A stretch of 63,450 nucleotides of DNA, filler included. It is 13 parts of 13 records of this genome, joined end to end, with 100 filler letters (N's around TTAATTAATTAA, not from the genome) between each part and the next. Parts side by side here need not be neighbours in the genome. Positions count along the whole stretch, not along the records: positions 1 to 7,905 come from SRR7504441_56354; positions 8,006 to 15,348 come from SRR7504441_56359; 11 more parts are not named here. One strand, 5' to 3'. The notes below the pieces were generated by a model. That model searched no databases and had not been told where the DNA came from. It saw only the letters and a program-made list of their open reading frames with translations. The translations under genes and the position numbers were made by a program. This document shows, piece after piece, positions 1 to 11,318 of the stretch (positions are counted from its first letter, which is position 1; the number at the start of each line of letters is the position of its first letter).

Positions 1-418
1 GCTCCAACTGGAGTCGGGCTAGCTTCTGCTCGGCCTGCCGTTCGGGCTGCACCGCGCCCTGCTCCCCCGCCAACTGTCGCCGGCCGTCCTCGTCCACCCC
101 GCCGGCTTGCGCCGCCAGCATCTCGGCCCTGGCCAGCTCGCACTCGGCCAGACCAGGCGCCGGGCACTCCGGTTGGGCCATGCTGGCCAGCTCGGCCGCG
201 AACCGGTCCTCGTCCTCGTCGTCCATCAGGAAGGCGGCCTCCCCGAGCAGCGCGTCCAGCTTGGCCGTGACGGCCATCCCGGTGGGGCTCGGGGCAAGCC
301 CGGTGGCCGGGAAGCCATCCTGGAACATCTCGTGCACAAGCCGCCGCATCTGCATCCTGTGAGAGTCCTGCTGGTCTTCGTCAGAGTCCGACGACTCCAA
401 CTCCGCCGGCCGCCGCAT
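1..418 (-). CDS. Hypothetical acidic/coiled-coil protein, 3' end outside window
   Basis: Frame MRRPAELESSDSDEDQQDSHRMQMRRLVHEMFQDGF...QAEQKLARLQLE is open from ATG 418 to the window edge. Confidence 0.55.
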   Translation of the reverse strand, partial: MRRPAELESSDSDEDQQDSHRMQMRRLVHEMFQDGFPATGLAPSPTGMAVTAKLDALLGEAAFLMDDEDEDRFAAELASMAQPECPAPGLAECELARAEMLAAQAGGVDEDGRRQLAGEQGAVQPERQAEQKLARLQLE

Positions 419-560
419 CCACCAGTTCGTATCGTATCGCTTGACAAAAAATCTGACGGATCCGAAACTACGAGTACAGTAGTTCAGTACAGGTACCGGA
501 CTCCATTGATTAGCCGGAGTATAATTAACAGCTCGTTATTGGGCTCAGGCTCGAAAGGAG

Positions 561-1245
561 TCAAATACGCGTGACGAAGAAGGCGGTGCAGCCGTCCCAG
601 CAGCAATAGTTGTACAGTGTATCGTCATCGAGCACACTCTTCCACGGAAGCATCAGGCTCCGAATTTCTTTCCCGATGACCTCCTCGAGCATCGTCTTGG
701 CCTCCTCAACCGTGGTTCGCCCGGTCACCTCCAGAGGCACGACATCCCCGTTGAGACGGACGCACTGGAGCACGAAGGGCGTGTCCTCCGCCGGCACGCC
801 CGCCGGGTAGGCGTGGAGGACGTGGCCGCGGAAGATGGCGTAATCGGAGAGCGAGAGGGTCGCTGAAGCCGTAATGGTCGGATTGCAGCCGCACGTGCGA
901 GCCACCTTCACGCATGCGCTGGACCGCTGCTGGCGCGTCTGCATCCGCCGGCGGCAGCGCGGCCAGATGCTCACTCACGAGCTGCGCCAGCTCCTCAACA
1001 GTGGTGCTGCCCGAAACCTCGATCTTGAGCTTGCACGTCGACGGCTTCGGGGCCGTATCCGCGTCGAAGCTTTGGGCGAGGATGGTGACCTGGGTGGTGT
1101 CTGCAGCGCCCAGCGGGATCAGCTCGGTCTGGCCCTCAGCTGGCATGAGGCTGTACGTCAGCTGGGAGCTCAACGTGCCGGCCATCATCGCTTCCGCACC
1201 CATTCGGTGCGCCTCCGGGGTGGCAGCGAACTTCCGCGACTCCAT
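561..1245 (-). CDS. Protein with two ubiquitin-like domains (one probable intron near 863-905)
   Basis: Ubl-like strings KLKIEVSGSTTVEELAQLV..SLSDYAI and VVPLEVTGRTTVEEAKTMLEE..LDDDTLYNY; a 43-nt GT-AG intron joins the two ORF frames. Confidence 0.6.
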
Positions 1246-1426
1246 CGCCTCTGGCGCCCAGCGGCTTCACGCCGCCGGCACCGGTCACAGTGCACTGTGC
1301 AGGCCAGCAACGCCAACGGAAACGAAGCTTCGCGTATGGCGCAACCTCGCAACGAGGAGCTGGCCGGCCCCCCGGGTCGCAGGTAGCTCGGGGTTGCGAG
1401 TGGGCGGGCCGCGGAGGCGCACTGCG

Positions 1427-2112
1427 ATGGCCGAGCCGTTGGATACGGTCGCGTTCGCCGATGACGGGTCGGCCCATCCCCCGCCTGTGTGATCCTGGAG
1501 TTGTTGGGCGGGCCCCGCGTGATCCTGGAGGCGTGCAGTTCCTTCCTGCAACAAATGATGGCCATGCAAGCCCTCCAGGCCCGAGCACAGGCCGATCACG
1601 CCGCCGGTAGCACCGCCCGGCCGCCCGGCCCCTGACCGGCCGCAGTTGAGCCGCCCAAGTTCATCCCCTCCGGCCGGTTTCAGGGCCCCAAGCCGCGCTT
1701 CTACTTCGGCACCGGCCCGCAAGGAGTGGGCTACTACCTGGACCCACACCAGTCGGCCAGCAAGGTGCCCCCCGCCCGCCGGCCGCGCTCAGCCGGCCGC
1801 AGCGTAAGCGCGACGAGTCGGGCAAGCCCAACAAGACTGTCTACAACGCCAGCGCGGCCGCCAGCGGATTCAAGGCGCCCCGGCTGGGGCCGACTGGGGA
1901 GAGCTGCCGGCAGAAGAAGAAGCAGCAGCCAGTGGCTACCAAGCTGGAGCCGGAAGCTACAGAGGTGAAGGACGACAAGAAGAAGGCGCGTATGGACGCC
2001 TACCGCAAGAGCATGCAGGTCAGACCGGGCCCGGCCGGCCGACTAGCCGGGGCAGGATCACGATAGCGCGCACTGCGGCAGCGAACATAAACAAGGCGCC
2101 GTGTGCAACTAG
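1427..2112 (+). CDS. TRIR/C19orf43-like protein (5 introns)
   Basis: Spliced product has FADDGSFLQQM (cf. TRIR FANDGSFLE) and C-terminal DAYRKSMQDHDSAHCGSE (cf. AWAKYMAEVKKYKAHQCGDD); similarity judged from memory. Confidence 0.6.
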
Positions 2113-2260
2113 GCGCAGCTGATGGACGGTTGATATTTCATGGAGAAGATAGACAATCTCAATGCCGCATGTCATAATATAATCGCTCCGTTGGGTTAAT
2201 TCTTTTTTAGAATCATGATTAGAATAATGATGAGAATTCAAGCGGCTCCTCTAGAGCGGC

Positions 2261-3056
2261 TCAGAGCATCAGGCGCATCCCCCTCAGCTGGGCTGTCTCG
2301 ACCATCGACCTTCTCTCGTCCGACTCCTTGCCGGCTAGGTTGTCGCTCAGGTCGAGCAGCTCTAGCCTCTGGCCGGCCAGCCCGGCCCGCAGCACGCCAT
2401 CAACCCCTTTGGCAAACAGCCTGCAGCGAGCAGTCAGCCGGCCGGCTGGGCCGAGCGTCACATGTTGGACTTGAGTTTGAGGCTGGCCAGCACCTCCATC
2501 TGGGGGAGCAGTCCGGCCACGGCCAGCCCGCCCTCCTGCCCGAGGCAGTTGGACGACAGATCCAGCTCAACAAGCCCCGAGCACCCGGGCAGCGCCTGCG
2601 GCCGGGCTGGCCGGGCGGGGGCGGGGGCGCCACCTTGAGTATGGGCGCGACCTTGCTCGCGGTGAGCGAGGTGTTGAGCAGGGCTAGCCGGGCGATCGGG
2701 AAGGTCGGGAGCAGCCCGAGGAGCGCCTCCCTCTCGGAGGGCTGCAGCAGCATCCCGTGGTACTTTATGGCCACCTGCGCCTGCGGGAAAGTGCGGCATA
2801 TGGCATGCAGCCGAGCGCCCAGGCTCGACCAGAAGGCCGCCTGCCACTGGCTATCGTGCCGCTCGCTGGCCTTCATCACCCTGCCCGCGGTCGGAGCTGC
2901 CATTGCTGGGGCTCACCAGGTGTGACAGGAGGCCGAGACCAGCTCGCGCAGCCGAGGGCAGACCGCCCGGGCGCAGAGCACCAGCGGCTGCCAGCTCGGC
3001 TCCTCCGGGTCCAAACACTCCAGCACCAGCGACAGCGATTCGACCACCACAGCCAT
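2261..3056 (-). CDS. RNI-like leucine-rich repeat protein (3 introns)
   Basis: LVELDLSSNCLGQEGGLAVAGLL, LASLKLKSNML, LELLDLSDNL; GT-AG introns join the frames. Confidence 0.8.
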
Positions 3057-3241
3057 GAGAGCGGATGCGCACCGCGATTTATTTTATTTTTTTATTCGTC
3101 GGGTCACACCCACGGGGCCAAGCCGAGGACGCGGGCTGTCCGAGCTCAGGCTACAGGGGTCATCGGGCTGCTCGGTTGGTGACAGCGAGTGCACATCCGG
3201 CGGCAAAGCTGGGATCGAGCGGGTACACACCGGTCTCGTCG

Positions 3242-6200
3242 ATGGCGACCGAGCAGGACGAGCCTCCCTCGATTAAGTCGCCCGAGGCTCAGGCCGAGGC
3301 CGCCTCCCACTGCCTCAAGACAGAGCTCGGGATCGAGGTAAACGCCGGCCGGCCCCGCCCACTGCCGGCCAGGTGCCCACCCCAGTGGAGGAGCCGACGG
3401 CGCAGGGGCACATCGTGCCGTTGCTCGATAAGCTCACCTACGGGGCGCCGCAGCTGGTGACCATGGCGGCCACCTTCTTGCTCAACGTATACGGCAACCG
3501 GTTCTACTCGCTGCTCGGGGCCCCGCTATCCGCGCTGGCCTTTTACACCGCGCTGGCCCGGTCCCTGGATTGCCTAACGGACCCTGTGATGGGCTGGTGG
3601 TCCGATAGCACCCGATCGCCCAACGGGAGGCGCCGGCCGTACATCGCTGCCGGGTGCGGGGCTTACGCCATCGCGTTCGTGCTGCTGCTGAGCCCGCCCG
3701 ATTTCGGGGACCAAGAAACCGGCGGGGGCTACACTTCGGCCTGGTTTGGGGTGTTTTACATTCTTTTCTACCTGTGCGACACTCTGTCCAATATCCCGTA
3801 CTTCGCCTGGGGGCCGGAGCTCACCCCGGACTACCTGGAGCGGAACAGGGTCTTCTTCGTGGCCAAGGTACGCATCCGGCCCCTGGCCGCTCACCGGCCT
3901 GCCAGATCTTTTACTTCTTTGGGATGCTCATCTCTGCGATGGCGCCGCCGCTGGTCTACGGCTGGTTCAGGACAGCCGAGCAGGGCCAGCAGCCGTGCTC
4001 CAACGTGTGGGATCTGGATGCCGACGCGCTGCGGAGCCAGCCGCTGGAAGGCCAGAAGGTCGGCTGCAACGTGGTGCGGTGCTCGGCTGGCGGCTGGTGA
4101 GTCTTGCAAGGTGCTGGAGGACGGCTACTGCTTTGAGCTGGACAGCCATTGGTACGAGGCACAGGTCGAGCTGATTCAGGACGCCTGCCGAGCCCAGCCA
4201 GGCACCACCCAGTGCGCCCAGCCCTGGCTGGAGCCGAGTGGCCGGCAGGTACCCCTGTGATAACTACTCATACAGCCCAATCGGCGGGCAGCGCTGGTCG
4301 TTCACCATAGTGGTGCGCCGCGGCCATGGCCGGGGCGAGCTGGCGCAGGCGCTGTTCTTCGGGCTGTGGTATGTGCTTTCGATGGTCAATCTAGTCCGTA
4401 GGATGCGGGAGAAGCCACTCGAGGGCCTCAACGATCCAGTGCGCGCAGCTCTCGGCCGCCTGAGCACCGGGCAGGTGCCGCTCCTGCCGGCGATCATCCG
4501 GTCGCTCAAGAACATCGCCTTCCAGCCACTGATCATCGGGTGGGCGCTCGATGCCATCTCGCTCACTGCACTTGGCACTCTGTTCCCGTTCTTCATAGAA
4601 TACGTAATCAAGCCCAACGGCGAGGTGCCCTGCCACAAGCTCCCGGCCCCACCCCGCGGCAGGTGGCCAAGAGCAACGGGTTCGCGCTCACTGTGGAGAT
4701 GGCGCTTGGGTTTTGTATGCTGGCTCTCCTGCTCTCAGCACTCGTGTCAATGCCGCTGTGAGAGTGCCCATCGTCTGGCCCTGACCGTGCGCAGGTGGCT
4801 GTTCATGAGTCGGCACTTTGGCAAGTACAACTGCTTCACTGCGTTCAATCTAGTGAACGCAGTGACTGTGTTTCTCTTCTACTTTGCAAGCGAGGGCGAC
4901 GTCAAGTTTATTATATTCGTCTCTCTGCTGTCCGGGATCCCTGTGGGCGGCCAGTTCCTCACAGACTCGATCCTGGCGGACACGATCGACTACGACGAGT
5001 TCCTCAACGGCACCCGCTCCGAGGGATCGTACACGGTGCAGCCTGCTGCTCGCCTGCCCGAGCCAGCGCCAGGTATTTGCGACACTCATCCCAAAGTTTG
5101 TGTCGATCCCGTCCTCCGCCGTCCCGCTGGCGCTGCTGGCCGTTCTGGGCTTCAGGATGCCCGTGAACGGGGTGGCGGCTGTGCAGCCGAGCTCGGTGGA
5201 GACGTTCATCCGGATGACGTTTGTGTTTGTGCCATTCGTGTGCTGCTGCGTGAGCTTTGTTGTCAAGCTCTACTTCCCGATCAAGACAAAGGACATCTCA
5301 GACGCGATCAGCGCCGGAATACAGCTGCACGCGGACGGCGTCTCGGCACTGGACCCGATCACAGGTACAGCGCTGGGCTGGTGGGCGCTTGAGCCCAGGG
5401 GAAGGTCGGATGATCCATGTGATCAAGCTGTCTGAGGAGAACACCAATGCGCTGTGGAAGTACGAGTACTACTCATTCAAGGGGCTGGCGCTCTTCCTGC
5501 TCCAGGGGTACCGCCCGCTGATGGTCCAGATGCGCAAGCTCTCGCTGTTCTGCTATTTCGCTTTCACTGTCGGACTGACCCTCGCAATCTCGCTCTACCC
5601 GCAGCTGTCCAACGCGGGCGTGTCCATCATCCCAGGTGTCTATCGTCCCCGGGGGGGTCTTATGTGGGGCAGTGATCTCGATCATCGTGGTCGGAATCTC
5701 GCTGACCGGCTGCATCGTCAACACGGTGCGCTGGTACTCTGCAGCCTCGCTGGGCAAGCAGCCGCCCGAGCAAGCCAAGCACGAGCGAGCTTTGGTCCGA
5801 CAGCTGATCAAGGCTAAGGGCATCGGACTCGGCGTGGACGACACACAGGTATCCTGCCCCTGTCCACAGTCTTCGACTAAGCCCTGCCTGTACGACAGAG
5901 CCTCTCGGCCCAGATATCTCAGCGGATGTCGGTTCGGGCCCTGCAGTCGTCCAACGGGTTTCATATGGCGATGGCGGTGGTGCTCATTGCTTACGGATCG
6001 GCCACGATCTACTGGTGCGCCACCCCAGCCGGCCGCCTGCTGATATGGGGCTGCAGGTACCCGGATGCGTGGTTTGGAGTTGCTTCTGTGGTGTGCGGCA
6101 CAGTCGGGCTGAGTATAGCGATCTGGGGGTACGTGTGTGTCAACAAGAAGTGGCAGCTGGGCATGATGCTGCACTTCATCGGCGTCACCGGCACACTGAC

Positions 6201-7746
6201 CGCCGTGTTTGTGGTGTGCATGCTCTGCTTCATCTTCCAGAACAAGCTCAAGACCTACGTGCTCTACAACCCGGAGGAATTCCTCGGCTACTTCCCTGGC
6301 GACTTCTGCAGCTCCTCTGAGAGCTTCGCACAGATGAATCTAAGCCAGCGCCGGAGCTGCGCCAACAAGGTAACCTGCGCTAGATCCGCGCTGACTTGTG
6401 GTGCAGCTGTCGGACAAATGCTTTGAGATCATCGCCACGGTGGGGATATTCTGCCTGGTGGCCGTGATCGTGGGGCTGCTCACGGTGATGACGGAGTACC
6501 AACTGGTCAACTCCGAGAAGCTGGTCACCCCACTCACGCTGCTGTTCTCGGTGCTGATCGGCTCGTTCAACGTGCTGGTTCTAGTCTATTCGGTCGACAT
6601 CATCACCGACTTCCCGCAGATGATGGGCCTCACCATAGACGGGCTCCAGTTCCAGTCAGTGGTGATCACAGCTATAGTGAGCGCCGGCGTGGTGCTGATT
6701 CTCTCCATATTCACCATGTCGGTCATCCTTATCATCCACGTGCGCTCGAGGGGGATCCAGCTCAGGGATGTCTCGCCGCTCCGGGACACCCAGCGCGAGT
6801 CTGCTGTCAAGCGGCTCACAATCGCGATCACGCTCCAGCTTACTGCTCTGGCGCTCCTGATTGCCGTCTCTGCGGTCACGCTCTCGCTGGCAGGCAGCAT
6901 GGAAGGCTATGTGGACAACAACTTCGATAGGGGCGACCATATCTCCAATAAGTTGCGCGACACGTTCTGTAACCGAGACTCGACGTCGCACTACTCGCTC
7001 AGCTGTAGTGCGACCAACACGACTGGCTCTCTGAAGTACTACGAGGATGATCAGGAGACGCCACTGCAGGACGAGTGCCTGTATCGCAGCAATTGTGTCG
7101 ACAAACTAGTGTCGATGGTGATTGCGTCGGCCTCGGCCATAGGGTTCTTCACCTGCTGCGAGATGATATACACCGCGGGCATCGTCATGTGGCTGTTCAA
7201 GTTCCTCAGGAAGATCAAAGGCGGCGGCGAGGAAGAGGCCGTCCAGCTCGCATCGCTGCACGCCGAGTACCTAGAAGAGGTGCCTGCCGCACCACCCCCC
7301 GAGCCGCGAGCCCAGGGGCAGGAGGACGCGATAGCCCAGGAGGAGGGGGTGCAGCCGAACGGGTCGGCTGGCGAGAACGGGCCACAGGTAGACCTGCAGG
7401 GCCGGATTATTGAGTTGGAGGCGAGCGGCTGGCTGGGCTGGTCTGACTGGCGCTGCTGCAGGCGAGACTGCAGGAGGCGGTATCGCGTGAGCATTACATG
7501 CAGGCTGCTACAATTAAAGAGGAGCTAGATAAGTGCAGACTTGTGTGTGAAGGCAAGTACACCATGAGTCCCGCGGGGAGAATGCAGCGAGTGCATGGGA
7601 ATCCGTTTGAGACGCCACCAGTGAATAAACCAAAGGAAGACGGAGCAGCAGGCCCGACTGTTGAGATGATTGAAGAGACGTCTCCGCTGGCCCGCGATGC
7701 CCATAAGCGGAACTCAAGTGAAGCGACGCACGACGATATGGAATAA
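3242..7746 (+). CDS. MFS (GPH/MelB-like) transporter fused to two tetraspanin-like 4-TM modules and a C-terminal UVR-like coiled coil; many tiny introns
   Basis: DCLTDPVMGWWSDSTRSPNGRRRPYI, IPYFAWGPELTPDYLERN, SILADTIDYDEFLNGTRSEG; in-frame splicing across 5849-5898 continues into further TM blocks; LQEAVSREHYMQAATIKEEL. Confidence 0.8.
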
Positions 7747-7905
7747 GCTTACAACGATTGCATGTGTCTTGTTCATGAATGCAATCATTGTTTCAATTAT
7801 TTAATTAAACAATACAACTGTCGTCTTGACAATCATGATTAAATCGACATGCCTATTGTACAGACTACTAATACTTTAATAAACCTATAAGGTTTCTAGC
7901 TACCA

Positions 7906-8005
7906 NNNNNNNNNNNNNNNNNNNNNNNNNNNNNNNNNNNNNNNNNNNNTTAATTAATTAANNNNNNNNNNNNNNNNNNNNNNNNNNNNNNNNNNNNNNN
8001 NNNNN
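7906..8005. other. Artificial contig spacer (44 N + TTAATTAATTAA + 44 N); same spacer at 15349-15448, 20771-20870, 25514-25613, 29796-29895, 35274-35373, 39529-39628, 44326-44425, 47725-47824, 51157-51256, 54916-55015, 59912-60011
   Basis: Twelve identical 100-nt blocks; the core gives stops in all six frames; genes are cut at their edges. Confidence 0.99.
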
Positions 8006-8006
8006 A

Positions 8007-8411
8007 GTGGTCCAGATCCACACCGCCAGCCCGACTGAGGCTTACACGGCAATTCAAGCGCTGAGCACCACCTCAAGCAGCACTCTCACCCAGATGCTGG
8101 TCCAGCAGCTCCAGGCGACCAACCATGCTGGACCGATGCCCACCATGGTCACCATCGTGATCCAACAAGTCTCAGATGCAGGTGACGGCGGCAGCGGCAG
8201 TGAGAGCGAGAGCATTACACTCTTGATTGCGGTGTCGGTTGCGGTGTCGTTGCTCCTTGTCGCTGCGCTGGTTGTTGGGGCTCTGGCGTACCTGTGGAAG
8301 ACCAGCAAGAAGATGCCTGGCGCCGCGAATCAAGATGCGGCCCAGCCTGAGAGCCCGGACGTTGTTTCCGGAGTCGAGATCAATTGCAATCCGATGCATA
8401 CAAAGGAGTGA
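8007..8411 (+). CDS. C-terminal fragment of a single-pass membrane protein
   Basis: Hydrophobic LLIAVSVAVSLLLVAALVVGALAYLW followed by basic KTSKK; cut by spacer at 5' end. Confidence 0.65.
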   Translation: MVQIHTASPTEAYTAIQALSTTSSSTLTQMLVQQLQATNHAGPMPTMVTIVIQQVSDAGDGGSGSESESITLLIAVSVAVSLLLVAALVVGALAYLWKTSKKMPGAANQDAAQPESPDVVSGVEINCNPMHTKE

Positions 8412-8671
8412 GATGACCACCGGTCGGCCTGCGGCTGAACAACAGCAGCAACTCGGGGGAATCGACTCTCAATCAACTCGGTGATGATAGCTACTAGGCA
8501 TTACATGAGCACGGGTAACGGAGTAGTAATATTTATAAAATTTATGATGCCATGACTCTGCACAATTACAAGTACTTGAATAATTCTCCAAGAGTACATT
8601 GTATCATGAGCGAGGCGCTCAAGTCATAGCAAGCGCAACACGGCGCCTATCTTGTGTGCACTAAACTAATT

Positions 8672-11215
8672 CTACGACAACCACGAGGGCACGTTAGCCC
8701 GCACCGGCGATGCCATGAACTCCTCTTGGTTGATGATCTCCGGGGCGACTTGCCCGGAGCTAATCTCAGCGATCTTGTCTGTTGCATCATCAATCTCCTC
8801 TAGTGCACTGCCAAGCTCGGAATTGGCTTTGACCAAATCGACCCGCAGCGTCTCTTTCTCAAATTCAGCTTCGCGGGCCCGCCTGGCCTCCTTCTCCGAC
8901 AGTATCTCTAGCTGCTTAACTTGGGTCACAGACTTGGCTAGGTTATCCTTGGCGCTCATGGTCTGCTCGAGCATTGAGCCACGAACCTTCTCCAGCCGCA
9001 TCTTCCACAGGATCTCCACCTCATCGCACCGCTTCTCGCACGCAATGCACTGCTGCTTCTGGATCTCAATCTCCTTGAGTGCGCTCAGCAGCTCGCGCTG
9101 CGCCTTGCTGGTCTGCTGCTGCTGGACCTTGACTTTGTGCTGCTCAGTCACCAGCTCGGTGTGGTATTTGGTGCTCGCCTCACGCGCCGCCTGCAGGTCC
9201 CGCCGCAGCCGCAGCTCTACCTGGTCCTTCTCGTTCTGAGTCAGCTCTAGGCTCTGAGACAGAGCCTCGAGCTCAGCCGTGAATTGCTTGACTCTTGTCT
9301 CCTTCTCGTAGTTGGCGTTGTCAGTCATCAGCTGGCCCTCGTGCGCCGCCGAGCGGAGGTCGGCGATCTGCTTGAGATGGTGCTCCTTCTCGGTCTGGCT
9401 GTTCCGGCGGAGCATAACAAGGTCGTTGTTCAACTCGTCTTTTTGCTGCTCGGCCTGTGCCAAAACTTGCTCCATCTCGGAGAGCGTGCTGGTCGAGTCC
9501 TCGCGCAGCTTATCCAGCTGGCGGGTGAGCGCGTCGTTCTCCACCTCCAGCCGCTTGTTGGCCTGGAGCGCACCCTCGAGTTCGCCACGAAGCACAAGTT
9601 TCTCCATCTCGACTTCGTGAACAGACTTTTCGGCGTCTTGCTTAGTCTCAAACAGCTCATCCTGCACCAACCAGTCAGTATGTGAAAGGACTAGCAGCCT
9701 GGCAGCGACGGGGACACTGCGTAGGAGAATAAGCCCCAGACATTACTCTTGCAAGGAAAAAAATTGATCCCAGCCATGGCTACCCTCCTGATTCCAGAGA
9801 GGGGGGCTGGTAACAGAGTGTGTCTTGCAGCACAGACCCGCACGACTCCAAGCAGCGCACCTCTAGCTGGCCCTTGTGCTTGCGCAGCTCGCTGATGGTG
9901 CCCTCCAGCGACGCCACTTTCTCTGCATGCTCGTCAGCTGCAATCCTGTCCAGAGCCATCAGAAACCCAATCGAGGTCAACGCGCACTTGGCTTCGCCTC
10001 GCAGCTGGCTGGTCAGATTGTCCATCTCTAGCTCGTGAGCTCCACGCATCGCTGCGAGCTCAGCTTGCTTGAGCTCTTCTGCTGAGTCCACGTCCGCTGC
10101 ATGCGCTTCTTGAAGCAGAGCCTTGTCCTTCTTGGCATCGGCCTGCTCAGTCTCGCGAGCCGCCTCCGAGCTGCTCAGGTCATCCTCGAGCGCCTTAATC
10201 CGGAGCTGCGCGCTGCCCCCGCCTGTCAGCTGGCTGGCTGGCCTGGGAGCCACTTGAGGGTCTCCTCGTTCGTGTACTCCATGTGGGTGACCATCTGGCG
10301 GTTGTGTCGAATCACTTCGTCCAGCCTGCTCTGGAGCTCCTCGTTTGAAGTCATCACTCGATCCGTGTGCTCGTGAGCCAACTACCCGGCCCGATCGCCC
10401 GGCCTGATTGCACGGTGCGCACCTCGAGTCGGACGCCGAGGATTCCCTTCTCGCGATGGGCTGTCTTTACGACCTCATCGATCTTCTGAGTGGCCACCGC
10501 CAGCTTCTCGTCCTGCACTCGCCGCATGTGGTTGGCCCCGTCGACCGCCGACTTGAGAAGCTGTTTCTCTGCACTGGCGCAGTCCTCTGTCTGCTTCAGC
10601 TTGCGCTGCAGGGCCTCAGCCCGCTGCCTGCCGGCATCGTCTAGATCCTGCAGGTTTCGGCTGTACTCGTCTGCCCCCACGTTCGCCCCCGCCCGGCCCA
10701 GGGGGCGCACCCTGGGTCAGCTTAAGCCGCTGCTCGCTCGAGACCGACAGTTGCTCCAGATTGGACTCCAGCCGGTTGCGCTCGGCAACAAGCGCGTACG
10801 TGCTCGCCTTGTTGATCGCGTTCTCTCGGAGCATGCTGTCCTCCCGCTTGCGCGTGGCGGCCAGCTCTCCGGTCAGGTACTCGCAGCTGTTCTGGACCCC
10901 GGAGAGCTGATCCTGGACCTTGGACAGCTCGAACCGGGCCACGTTGGTGCCCTGGATGTCGCTATGCAGCGTCCGGAGCTGGTCCAGCGCCGCGTCCCGC
11001 TGGACGGTGGCCCGGGCCTCGGCGGCCATGTGGACCAGGCTCTGCTGCTCCACCTTGCTCCGCTCCATTTCCAGGTCGCGCGACTGAGTCTCGAGCTTGC
11101 TCCGCATCACCCGCAGCTCCTGCACCGCCTGCGGCGACGCCTCGCTCCCGGATGGCTCGCCAGCCGGGGCTCGGCGCTCCCGGCGCCGGTCCCGGAGCTC
11201 AGCGAGGAAGCTCAT
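8672..11215 (-). CDS. Long coiled-coil protein, multi-exon; snoRNA host gene
   Basis: E/K/Q/L heptad-rich ORFs joined by GT-AG introns, including 9662-9860. Confidence 0.75.
9678..9830 (-). ncRNA. Intronic box H/ACA snoRNA, putative 18S rRNA pseudouridylation guide
   Basis: Hairpin - H box AGAGUA (9744-9749) - hairpin - ACA (9681-9683) + 3 nt, inside a 199-nt intron; pocket 1 ACACUCU/UUUUUUC matches the 18S consensus GAAAAAA-UU-AGAGUGU. Confidence 0.75.
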
Positions 11216-11318
11216 CTTCGCAGGCCTGCGGTGGGTCCCGGCTGCAACGGCGTTCTCAAGTCTCAGCTGCGATTTTTATTATATTTTATAACGGCCCCGC
11301 CGGCTGGCTCTCATCAGT

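Noticed and set aside
845-905. One-base frameshift in the ubiquitin-like gene
   Set aside because: A 43-nt GT-AG intron restores the frame
3242-7746. Stop-codon reassignment, selenocysteine or programmed frameshifting to explain broken ORFs
   Set aside because: The breaks I examined are resolved by short GT-AG or GC-AG introns (except the phosphatase deletion); TAA, TAG and TGA all end genes
7906-8005. Recurring TTAATTAATTAA inside N runs as a biological repeat, CRISPR or TTAA transposon target
   Set aside because: Fixed 100-nt format with six-frame stops and truncated genes on both sides marks it as a joining spacer
9755-9823. U6 snRNA as target of snoRNA pocket 1 (CUCUGU matches ACAGAG)
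   Set aside because: The other side of the pocket does not match U6 GGAACGA, whereas both sides match 18S
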